From: Oikopleura dioica
Lineage: Eukaryota > Animalia > Chordata
DNA: 64,000 nucleotides
Reading direction: 5' to 3'
NCBI GenBank assembly: GCA_907165135.1
Contig: OU015568.1
Span: forward strand, 13,826,001-13,890,000
The notes under the pieces were generated by a model that made no database searches, was not told the origin of the DNA, and saw nothing but the letters and a program-made list of their open reading frames with translations. Position 1 is the first letter of the stretch; each line of letters opens with the position of its first letter. Of this stretch, positions 24,762 through 35,200 are shown one piece after another. Made by a program: the position numbers and the translations under genes.

Positions 24762-25028
24762 ATGATCTCGCGAATTGCTCGTCCAGCCGCTCGCATGGCT
24801 TCTCAGCAGACCAAGGTATGCTGTTATCTTCAAGGAGTTCCATCTAAGATCATTGATCCTAACCCACATTTTTAGAAAGAGCTGACTTTAACCAAGCCCA
24901 TGAAAATCGCTCTAGGCACCACTCTCGCCCTCCTTGCAGTTGAGTACAACTTTCTCGTCGGCAATCTTACTCCTGGTTGCAACTCGATGGCTTTTGTACC
25001 CAGGAATTGCATCAAAGGAAATTACTAA
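24762..25028 (+). CDS. Small 68-aa protein with presequence-like N-terminus and one hydrophobic segment (2 exons)
   Basis: MISRIARPAARMASQQTK|KELTLTKPMKIALGTTLALLAVEYNFLVGNL..GNY*; GT-AG phase-0 intron; TTCAG acceptor-like site 7 nt before the ATG. Confidence 0.55.
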
Positions 25029-25049
25029 TTTATTGAAATAAACTGAATT

Positions 25050-25860
25050 ATTGTCTACTGAATTAGCTGTCCCAAGTATTGTTATGCGCTCGCCTGTCAC
25101 CCTGATGACCTACTTGCACCTTTTTGGTAAACACGATGATACGCTCGGATCCAAGTCAAACCCCGGCTTGAATCGAAAGTGACGGGCTAAATCAACGCAA
25201 TAAAAACTAACATCAGGTGCAACCAAAGTTGTGGTACTCGTCGACTCAGCCCAAAAATACTTTTCGAGATTGTGGGCATTGGTGTACCCTCAGCGTTAAT
25301 TCAATCCTTCTCAAGCGTTCGTGAAATCGCGGAAAAAAACGCACGTGGCAATTTTTCATCAGTGACGAAAGCGTTTATTCTGAGCATTCTCCTTTTTAAT
25401 TTTGTAAGAAATTTCTTGAAATCGAGATCAAGCGATCTCGTTGCTGAAAATTTCGATCAATCACAGATCGGACGTTGAAGCCCTCATTAGATAACTAAAC
25501 GTTACTCGAGGACATAAGAGCAGAGTACTTTTGCGTTCCACGGAATCCAATTTTAAATTGCAGTAGACTTATCATCGCTCAAACTGACTCACTTGGAACT
25601 TGAGTTAATGCTGGGATGGTAGATTTAAGCAGTACTCGAGATAAAACAAGAAGAAAGAGTAAATGCCCGACAAAAAGAAAAGAAGCAGCGAAAATGTAGT
25701 CGGTGGCTGTGGGAAGATAGGCGACCGTGAAGGGAACTAATCGCCGACCGCGGCCAAATATTCGCCCTGATAAAAGACCTTATCAAAATACATTTCCGAC
25801 TGTACAGTTCTAACTCTTCTCTAACACCTTGTAAAGACAACGTGTTCCTATCGTAAAACA
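25050..25860 (-). CDS. Possible uncharacterised membrane-protein gene, structure unresolved
   Basis: Open hydrophobic segment DYIFAASFLFVGHLLFLLVLSRVLL ending at a GTGAGT donor, plus further short open segments downstream. Confidence 0.3.
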
Positions 25861-26126
25861 TTTTGGTTGCAAGAAAGATAAATTAGTGAATAAGCTCTTT
25901 TCGCAATTTTGAAGAACAGAGCTCCAAAAGAATAAATAAAAAAGGGTTTATTTTCTATAAATGTTTGCGTGTGTAACAGAATTGTCAAAAAGGATGAATA
26001 CTTTCTTTTTGATACAGATTTGAAGAAGTTTGCTAAAATGTTTGCCGCCACCGTAATTAGTTAGATTACTAGAGAAGACAGGTATTTGGTTAATTTACTA
26101 CGAGAGTCTAAAAATAGTGGAGTCTT

Positions 26127-26918
26127 CTATGTCCTCACTCGGCCGTATTTTTGACTAGGGCGGTCTTGGAAGAAACTGCGAAGAATGACGACGTGGCTGA
26201 GCGAAACCAAGACCATGATTACTGATTGCAAGAAGCCCCAAAAGTGAATCTTTGTATAAAGCTGCTCGGCAAAACTGCGACCGGAAGCTTCTCGAAGTCG
26301 ATGATGGGTCTAAAGAATAATTTCAATCATCAAAAAATATCTCATTTCGAACCTGGAAGTCCCTGACTTTTCGCATGTTCGAGTGGACCATTTCAGCTGA
26401 GATATCCGCCTTCGAAAGGGGCCCTTCTTCGTCGATTGGCAAATCGTGTCGTTCGTACTCTTGCTGATCTCCAACAGCCCAGTCCAAATACACGACCTGG
26501 TTGTGTTAACTCATCAAAATGAAATTGATGAAATACCTTGTGCGAGATTGAAGAGAACTTGTTGCTAAAACATGCTTTGTAAATTCCTCCTATCGTGGCG
26601 GTGAATGGCGCTTGATCATATGAAGTTCTCTTTTTCTAAATAATCATTTAGAACTTGGTCGAATCATTTCTTCGCAAACCTCATAGACTACGTTGTCTTC
26701 GGAATCCACCAGTTCAACATCGATATCTAATTTGCCACCTGTAACGACTTGAAATTCAAGCACACTTTGTTCTCCTTTAGGGATATCTTCCATGAAACAC
26801 TATTATCAATATAACTTCCAATATTTTCAGCAAAAATGCGAACCTGTATTGACCTTTGCTCCAGCTCAAAAGTAAGTTCTGTCGCGCTAACGATCCCAAA
26901 AAGCAGAAACAGATACAT
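26127..26918 (-). CDS. p24/TMED family cargo receptor (TMED3/TMED7 type)
   Basis: Signal peptide, ELTFEL..CF, LEFQVVTGGKLDIDV, YKACFSNKFSSISHKVVYLD, HHRLREASGR, C-terminal TM segment. Confidence 0.9.
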
Positions 26919-26995
26919 TTTCTGAAAAAAGTGAATGCTACAGTGTTCGAAATTAGACTGATTGAATTGAAGTATGGAAGGTAAATTGGAGAATA

Positions 26996-27709
26996 TTAAA
27001 TAATAAGCTCTTCAATGGGCACTTTCAAATGCTTTGATAATTTTTCAATGAGAACGGGCGCCACTTCTTCAACTGTCACTTCCCTGCCGAGTTCTTAAAG
27101 TTTGAATTGAATCGATCAGGTCAAAAGAGAAATCCTACCTCTAGTAAGGCTCGTTACTCCTTTATCTTGAATGCCGCAAGGTACAATATTTCCAAACCAT
27201 GACATGTCGGTATTACAGTTGATAGCAAGTCCATGTGAAGTGACTTCTTTTTGCGCATTGATTCCCATTGCGCAGATTTTATTATCGCCGATCCAAACGC
27301 CTGTGTGAGGACTGGTTTCTCCTTTCAACCCGAATTCGCCAAGAAGGTCGATTATAGCTGATTCTAGCGTATCCACGTACCATCTAATAGCATTTCTTCG
27401 CTCAAGTTTCAAGATTGGGTAAGCAACGAGTTGCCCTGGCCCGTGAAAAGTGATGAGTCCGCCTCTGTTGACTCTGTAGAAATCAGCGCCTTTTTCGCGA
27501 AGATATTCCTCCACGGTTTCATCGTAGATCTGTCCTCGCTTCCCGACTGTGTATGTCGGTGGATGCTCCAGCAAAAGCAGCTGGTTTGACGTTGCTTCTG
27601 GCTTTGATAGGTGTTGGTCGACGAGATTGTGCTGCAGTTTAAGCGCCTCCCCGTAGTTAATTCTACTCAGCCACTTGGTCCGAATCGGTCGTGTGAGTGC
27701 TGCGGCCAT
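26996..27709 (-). CDS. LIPT2: Mitochondrial octanoyltransferase (LipB family)
   Basis: LLEHPPTYTVGKR, RGGLITFHGPGQLVAYPI, GVWIGDNKICAMG, SHGLAINC, IVPCGI. Confidence 0.95.
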
Positions 27710-27814
27710 TCTTTTTCTGAACAATTTTTTGCTTGAAAAAATGAAACTGAAATGAACTCAGTGATGAAGAAAGAGGATGAAAGAAGGCAAAGGAAAGAAG
27801 GAACAATAAATGGC

Positions 27815-30326
27815 TTAGACTTCATCTAAGCGCGAGTAGATCTTTTTAACAGCATCATTTATTTTGTGGTTGGAGGAGTTTTTCAAGAGATCAACAGCCT
27901 TAATTCAAATTATCTCCTGTTGCAAGAACCGATTTACCTTTAGAACGCCGAGGTCAACAAGGAGGCGCTGGCGAAATGGAAACGCTTCGTCGGAATTTCT
28001 GAGAAGATTGTTCACAAGAACAACGATCTGTGTTTTGACGATTTCAGTTCCGGTCGTCATGAGATCTATCAGATACGTCAGAAGATCTGGATCTTTGCAG
28101 AGCTTTGATACTCCTTCACAATGATCGGAAAAATTGATGACAGCGTGAAGAAATTGAACAACAGCAACTTGAAAGTATTCAATTATTATCAAAGAATAAG
28201 AAAAAGAAGCTAACCTTCCGTGATAGGGAGATTTATCAACATCTGTCTGAATATCTCCATCAAACAGTCTTGAGAATCGGACTTCACATAAATGACGTTA
28301 TCGTGAATTAGATTCCTCAGAAGAGTACCAAGTTTTTCAATAACCGACTCATTCGACGAGTACTTTTGCACCAATTCGAGAAACTCCTCATGCGAAATAG
28401 AACTGGAAACTTCGTCTTTGTACCGATTTGATAGTGTGCCAGAGTAAGTCATATTTATCAGCGCTAGAATGTTTTTAACCATCTGTCATTACTCATTTTT
28501 CTCACCTGATAGAGTATGATCGATAAATTTATTTCCGGTTTTTATGTTCTCAACGAAGTCGTCAGTAACGAGCCCGACAAAATCATCTTTGTAGGGACAA
28601 AAGTCCACGAGAAAGTTTCCAACAACAGGAATAATTTGCGACAGAATTTCCTCGTCATTTCTACTTTCCTCGTACAGTTTCACAATAATCTGAACATTCT
28701 GGTTAATAAAACATTTAAATTAAAAGACACAGTCTTTTAGGCTCTCTCAAACCTGATAAATATCACCATCGACAAGACTTGTTCTGAGATGTCGATTCGA
28801 CCTTGAGATTGATCGGAGACAACGAAGAGAACTTATTAAAAGAGCGCGCGATTCGGGATTAGCTGGATCTTGATGCTCGTTTAGCCCCTCGGAAAGCCTG
28901 CTCATAAGCCAATTCACATGGAGCAAGGAACGTTCTTAATTAGCTCTGTAAAACTTCGAATAAAAGACTTATCATACCACTGCCACAGCTGTGGACAAGT
29001 AGGGCGTCCCTCAAAGACTCATCTTCGGAGAGAAGAACCGCTAAAAGATCAAAAGCGGCACTACGTAATCTCGGGAAGAAATTTAGCTCTTTCGTAAATG
29101 TTTGAACGGAGTGAACATCGCTGGAATCAACAGCTATGAAGCAAGCCATTATCCGCAGCTCATTAAAAATTTATTACCTGGAGGTCTTTGGAAGAATTTC
29201 TCGATTTTCTTAGGTAAACGATTGGAATAGAATGCATGATTTTGAAGATAAACACGATTGCGAAGAAGTTTTGTAAGGGATGAAGCGGTTTGAATGCGGA
29301 TTTCTGGGTCTTTTTCGGGATCACATAGCTCAGAAAGGACGTTGCACACATTTCTCGACAATTGCTGTCTGTATTCTATCGACAGTATTGTCACCAAACA
29401 TTGAGCTGCGTTTGCGCGGACGAAATCTTAGAACAATGAGTATAGTTTTTTTTTGCTAGCAATTTTACCTGGAGCATTAGCGTCGTAAGTAATTGTTGGT
29501 TTGACGCGATAGTTAGTCAAAACCTTTTCCATAACATTTTGGATCTTGTTAGTCCCCGATGAGACGTAAATAAAAGTTCGTCCAACTCTGGATTGCTCCA
29601 AAAGAGTTGCCATAGCTCTGGTACCAGCGGCGACTAGTCGAGGCTCGTCGTTTCTATCTAGCAATTTGAGCAGCACTTCCAGCAGTTTGATACCAACCAA
29701 TTCGATAACTAGACATTTGCTTTTTGAAGAGGCGACTTTGGCGATTATTTCGAGAGAAGAAATTTTCAGGGAAGTGTTTCCGAATTCAAGAATTTCCACC
29801 AGTCTTGAGATGAGTTTTTCATCTTCGAATTTATCGAGGATAAACGATTCAATAGTGACGGTTTTTCTGTGCTTGTGATGTTGATGTGCGACAGTCATCA
29901 AAATAGTTCGAAGAAATCGGACAGCAGCGAGGACGACGCTGTTAGTTTGAGAGGAGAGAAGGATGGATATGACGGCGTCACACGCTCCGTAGTCGCATAG
30001 AGAAGTAACGTTTCCATTGCCGCCTGTAATTAGTTAGCGAAGACTGGATATCTCAAGAAACCTTTTGCTAAAGAAGTAAGCAGCGTTATGCAATCCCGTC
30101 TGAGCTCATCCATACAGTCCTCCTGCTGGATGATATAGACCAGCCTCGGAATAGCGCCAACGACGATAAAATTTGCTTTTTGGCGGCGATTTCCCGCTGT
30201 CAGATTTCTCATGTCATTGACAGACTCCCACTGGACTTGAGGATCAGCAGAAAAGAGGCGATCAACGAAAGGCTGCCCTGTTGCTTTTACTTTTGCTAGT
30301 TCTGATGGGAAGCTTGCACTCGGCAT
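27815..30326 (-). CDS. ARMC8: Armadillo repeat-containing protein 8 (CTLH/GID complex)
   Basis: FVDRLFSADPQ..DMRNLTAGNRRQKANFIVVGAIPRLVYIIQQE matches the ARMC8 N-terminus; further ARM-like exons down to 27815. Confidence 0.85.
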
Positions 30327-30533
30327 AATCTTAAAATTGGATGTGAAGATCGTTCTTTTTTTTATAAAAATGAAATAACAGGTATAAAAATAAATCAGGA
30401 GAAGGAAGGGAAAACAATAGCGGAGCCAATAGTTTGGAGAAGAAGAAAGATCCAGTAAATACAAATCATAGGTCGTTCGAAAATAAAAGTGTAAGTTTGA
30501 ATCTGGAATACAGAGTTTGAAATGCTCGCAAAT

Positions 30534-30765
30534 GCTCGCGAGCGAAAAGAGCGAGAGCAAAAATTTATCATCGCTCGGAGAGCAGGGGAGCGGGAGCATG
30601 AAAATGAGTTGGCTCGAGAGCCAAAAGAGCACGAGCCCAAATTTGAACCCGCTCGCGAGCGCAGAGAGCACGAGCGCATATGTCGACAATGCTCGGGAGC
30701 TAGACGAGCGGGAGCTGCTGCTCTCGTGCTCGCCATGGAATTGACTCACGAGCGGCTCGCGAGCA
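30534..30765. repeat. Array A: five 25-bp units GCTCGNGAGC-N5-GAGCRNGAGC with 14-15-bp unique spacers (period 39-40), followed by inverted units
   Basis: Units start at 30534, 30573, 30612, 30651 and 30691. Confidence 0.9.
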
Positions 30766-30862
30766 AAATTAAAAGAAAAATTTTTTCGCATAATTATTCA
30801 CTTTCATAAATAAATTTCTTTGAGGATCAATTTTTGGTGTTTTCAGTTTTATGTTAGCTTCA

Positions 30863-31570
30863 TTAGGTCCGTAATCTCGGCAGCAGAATGCGAAAAGCCG
30901 AGAGTAAACAGATAAAACAAGCCCACCGCGAGGTGCTAAGTCCTGTGACAGGGACTCATATGGAATTAGTCACGGGGGCGCCGAATCATTTGAGGCCCTT
31001 GAAAGCTGCTCGCGAGTCAGTTTTTTCAGCTCGAGAGCCGATCGAGCGAGAGCACAATTCGACCAGTGCTCGAGAGCCAAGAGAGCGAGAGCGCGAAATG
31101 AAATGCGCTCGCGAGCGCAAAGAGCGCGAACTCTGAAATAAATGCGCTCGGGAGCACAAAGAGCATCATGCTCGTGCTCGCTCGCTCTCAAGTGAGCCGC
31201 TCGCGAGTCACGAAAATTTCAAACTCTGCTGGAATAAGTAAATGGAAAATAAAATGACAACAGGCAGTAAGGCGAAACTAACTATGAGCGGGGAGCGTTT
31301 TCCGCACTTGTTTCCGTGCTGAATCGATCTTCGTCGTAAGTTTTCAACCCCGATGAAGCAGATAAGTGTGACCCAATCGCAGATGATGGAGAGGACTTCG
31401 TAGGTGCCGTGGTAGTTGATCGTTTTGATAGCAAGAACAAACACTAGAATAATCATTATGGAAAGATGCGCCAGCAAATATGACCTACCATCGAAAACAA
31501 GGAAGAGAACCAAAAACCACTTGCCGAATCGGCAATGCAACTCAAGCATCCAACTTGAGTCTTCCGACAT
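30863..31570 (-). CDS. TMEM216/TMEM80/TMEM17-family membrane protein, second tandem paralog; last exon uncertain
   Basis: FIGVENLRRRSIQHGNKCGKRSPLIVSFAL resembles TMEM216 YLGIEVIRLFFGTKGNLCQRKMPLSISVAL. TTTCAG lies 10 nt upstream of the ATG. 3' end is either the stop at 31208 or a spliced exon at ~30863-30965. Confidence 0.7.
31007..31212. repeat. Array B: same 25-bp unit with 14-bp spacers, period 39
   Basis: Units start at 31029, 31068, 31107 and 31146; ends with inverted GAGCCGCTCGCGAGTC. Confidence 0.9.
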
Positions 31571-31667
31571 TTCGACTTTTCTGAAAGACTCATCTCAAGT
31601 TTCTGCATACAAAAAATAAACTCAAGGTTAAAAAATGAAAAAGGCAGTAACAAAAGAAAATTCCGTT

Positions 31668-32147
31668 TCAGTTGTAAATTCCAAGACCGATGAATTTGGG
31701 TAAGATTTGGATTCCGGCGATCGTCCAATACATAATGACGATGGTTTGTTCAATCGAAAGAACATAAGTTTGCCACTGATAGAAGTAGACTGAAAGAAGT
31801 ACTGCTGGAACGGTGAGAGCAAGAGAGAGGCCAATCGGAGATCGAGCGGCTAAAATAAAATTTATTGCAACTACCAAATTTATCGAATAATTACCGGCTT
31901 TATTTCCACTATCAGCAACCGACAAACGGATAAGGTCGACTCCAAGGAAGGCAATGAGACAGACAGAGTCTGTCACAAGTCGCTCGACTTCGAAGGGAAG
32001 CGTCAGACCTTTGTAAAGTAGAAGTCCAGCTAAAAATTGTGAGTAACGATGTCTATTCAAAAAATAACCTTCAAAAAGAGAAAAGAAAACCGTAAAAATC
32101 CTCCCAAAATAGATCAAAACTGCGAGACTGACTTGAGATTCCGCCAT
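31668..32147 (-). CDS. TMEM216: Transition-zone membrane protein TMEM216 (TMEM216/TMEM80 group)
   Basis: LLYKGLTLPF, AFLGVDLIRL..GNK, PIGLSLALTVPAVLLSVYFYQWQTYVLSIE align with the TMEM216 pattern (LYKGVLLPY, QTYVLRLE). Confidence 0.8.
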   Translation of the reverse strand: MAESQVSLAVLIYFGRIFTVFFSLFEGYFLNRHRYSQFLAGLLLYKGLTLPFEVERLVTDSVCLIAFLGVDLIRLSVADSGNKAGNYSINLVVAINFILAARSPIGLSLALTVPAVLLSVYFYQWQTYVLSIEQTIVIMYWTIAGIQILPKFIGLGIYN

Positions 32148-32247
32148 GTTATACTCTAAATTGATGTGTTCATCGTACAGAGTCAGAATAGAAAAGATAA
32201 ACATTTGAACAGTAAAAAAATTTAAGATAAAAAATGAACTCGTGAAA

Positions 32248-35200
32248 TTATTTCGGGGTGAATTGCGCGAGGTAAACCCACAGCGAGTGGACGGCGGCAG
32301 GATATGGTCGGACAGAAACGGCCACCGCGAATTCCGCACGATGCTAGAATGAGAATCTCAGGCTGAATCAAAACGGAAAGAACTTACATTAACCGTTTTG
32401 TGAAGCTCAACCGCTTTGACAGCGTCGAGAATATTTTGAATGTGTGTCATGGGCAGGTGCAGCGGAAAACCAACAACCTCATGTCGCGGGAATTTCATGC
32501 GGATTGGCTCTAAAAGACGACGAGCGTATTCCTGTGTGATTTGGCCGCCACACATTTCCTCTTGCTCGATCTTCTCCAGAATATCGCGCATTTTTGCAGC
32601 AACGTCCGTTCGATATTTTGTCAAATAACCTGGCCTCCATTCTCGTATTTTTAACTGAATATATCGATTATAATCATAGACTAAAATATTTTTGTACCTT
32701 GATGTCTGCTTCAATTTTCCTAGCTTCTCGACTTGCCAAAGAATTATCTGGCGGCATGTATTCAATTTCTAATGGTTGGATCGTCGGTAGGTCGCCCTTT
32801 GTTCCGCTCCATAATTTTCGCCAGCTGTTGAGTCCCCAGTCGACTCTGTTCGGATGGGCTTCTGTTTGCGCGTTGTAGTAGATGTTCGATTTGTCCGCCA
32901 TACATGTGACTGAAGTCAACGGAACAGTAGGATCTGTCGTTCTGAAACAGCGACCATTGACGGGATTCCAAAGGACTCCTACAGCTGACTCGTCAGTTTT
33001 TGACAGGACCCAAACTGCTTCCCCAGATTCCATCGATTCTCCAAAAACAAGCCTGGCAATCGGAACGTTTAGTTGAAGAAAGTAAGCTATCAGCAACAAC
33101 GCATGCTCCTCGTCATCGCCGATTAGACAAGACAAAAACTCTGCATTATTGCTCCATAGATCGTACATGCCAGCAAAGGAAATCTTATCGGATTGGTACG
33201 GAATCATTGCCACATATCTTGCCATACGACGCATCATCTGATCTAGTGAAAGTTGCTCGCTGTACATGCCATCTGGAAGCGGTAAAGGCGATATAAATCG
33301 ACACAAGAAATATGTCTCTCCCTTGAAGTCAGACACAAGGGCTGGGAAGTTTCTTCCAGGGCGGAATTTCGAAATGTCAGTGAGGAAGTTTTCACAGGCA
33401 GTGACTTCTTGGGGATCTTCATGGCACATCAGCTAAAGCACAGAATAAATAATCGTCTAGTTTTTTGGTGGAGATGAATTCAACAATCAAAATGTGAAAT
33501 TTTGGGTAGTTTGAATCAAAGTGGTTGAGTATATTTATTGAAAAATCAACTGGTGTCGAGAGTATATGACTGTGAAAGTTATAAACAAAATTTTTCTTAC
33601 CATTCCTTGACCCTATGATAACAAACTGTGAGTGAAAAGTCCACACGTGATATAGAAAAATCGCAACTCAAATCCCAAATCCTTACCTGTTGCTTTCCCT
33701 TTTCAGGTTTTGAATAAATTGCATCTATTTGAATATAAAGCTCGAGTGTGGCTGGATTCGAGTCTTGAGTTGACTTGTAGCCCATGAGTAGTGGAGGAAC
33801 TTTGAGGTGAATCTGTCCTTCGATTTGTTTCGCGATGAGAAGAGAGGAAAGAGGGATGACAGAACCGCCAATCCAATGCTTGCTTGTTGAAGTCCGGCGC
33901 TCATCGGGATTGTCAGTTGCTTCCACTTTGAAATTCTCGTCGAAGATGTTGATAAAAAGGTATTCTAAGAAATTGTTTTTTGCTGCAAATTATTAGGTAA
34001 GTCTACCTTCTTTGTCCATCCCAATAAAGCCAGATTGAAGCCTATTTCTACCAGCTTCCCAGTCGAGCTCAATCTGCTCATTCCACGATGGATTTCCCCC
34101 GAAAGCAACTGATGTTCGTTCCGTGTGATTTCCGAATGAAACCGAAACAAAAGGTTTCAAATCCTTGAAAAAGAATTTAAAATTATGAAAAAACGGCGCG
34201 CATGCATAAATGATATTTTGAATAAATGAAGTTGCTGATAAGTGAAGTGGTAACCTGTTTGATCTTTTTTAAACCTGTTGAAGAAGTCCAGAATGCGGTT
34301 GATGATATGGCTGATAAGCTTGAGGCATTGGATTAAATGGCTGCTCAAAGGAAGGTCGATTGAAAGAGGCCCCAAGTTGATCCATGGGACTGTAATTTGG
34401 GTATGATGGAAGCGAGTTATAGTAAGGATATTGATTGCTTGCTGCTGATGCTTGAGGGAAAAAACCTTGATTGCCTTGCATGGGATTATATGGCATTGTA
34501 TGAACTTGACTTGATCGGCGTCCATACTGCTAAAAATAAAGGATAATTTTTTAATTCAGAAATATAAATTTTTTGTCGATGAGTGATCTTCGAAAATCTG
34601 CTGATGATTTTTTGAAAGCCGAGCGCCCGCGAATTTCGCCTTGGTTCGATCTCTGGCGCGCTGACTGACGCAAAAGGGCGCTAAAGATCATCCGCCAATG
34701 AGCGCGCGTGCTGCCCTGTTCTTTCCAGAACGGGCTTGTTTCGCTTTTTCAGAAGTCAACTCTCGCCAAGAAATTCAAACGAGTGACAGAAAGTGAAAAA
34801 GGAACCTGTCACTTTTTTGATAGAGAGATGGAAAAAGATGTTCTCGGAGGAGTTTTGGCGGATATTTGGGGATCGCCGAAGAAACGAAAATCGCCAGATG
34901 GCACTCCTATAAAATCAAAAAGGTAAATTTGACGGGAAAAAGCTATTTATCAACTTCTCCAGGAAGCTTTTTATGAATAGTTTTTAACGCGAAAATAATC
35001 GTTTATTTCAGCCCAAAACTCGCCTCACCCAGAACACCGTTATCGCCATCAAAAATCAACATCGACAACAACAGGCTCGTTACAGAAGCTCAAAAACGAA
35101 CTGTCAAACGAAACCTCTTCGACGACGTTCCAGTAAAGAAAATCACAGCGCTGAAAATAGCCGCCAAAAACGAAAAAGTAAAGGTCATCACTCCGCGAAA

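Noticed and set aside
27116-27724. Bacterial lipB contamination or recent HGT
   Set aside because: It has a spliceosomal intron, an N-terminal extension and operon-like spacing with host genes; ordinary LIPT2.
30030-31191. ORFs 30030-30791 (N-terminal part), 30395-30736, 30517-30744, 30522-30809, 30888-31136 and 30970-31191 as proteins
   Set aside because: They are translations of the stop-poor GAGC repeats; only the part from 30326 downward is ARMC8.
30534-31212. Calling the repeat-spacer arrays a CRISPR locus
   Set aside because: Intron-rich eukaryotic context, no cas genes, spacers only 14-15 bp, repeats degenerate.
34157-34525. Independent small nested gene (MDADQ.. or MPYNP..)
   Set aside because: Flanking splice sites place the MPYNP frame in phase with both neighbouring CC2D2A exons, so an internal exon is simpler.
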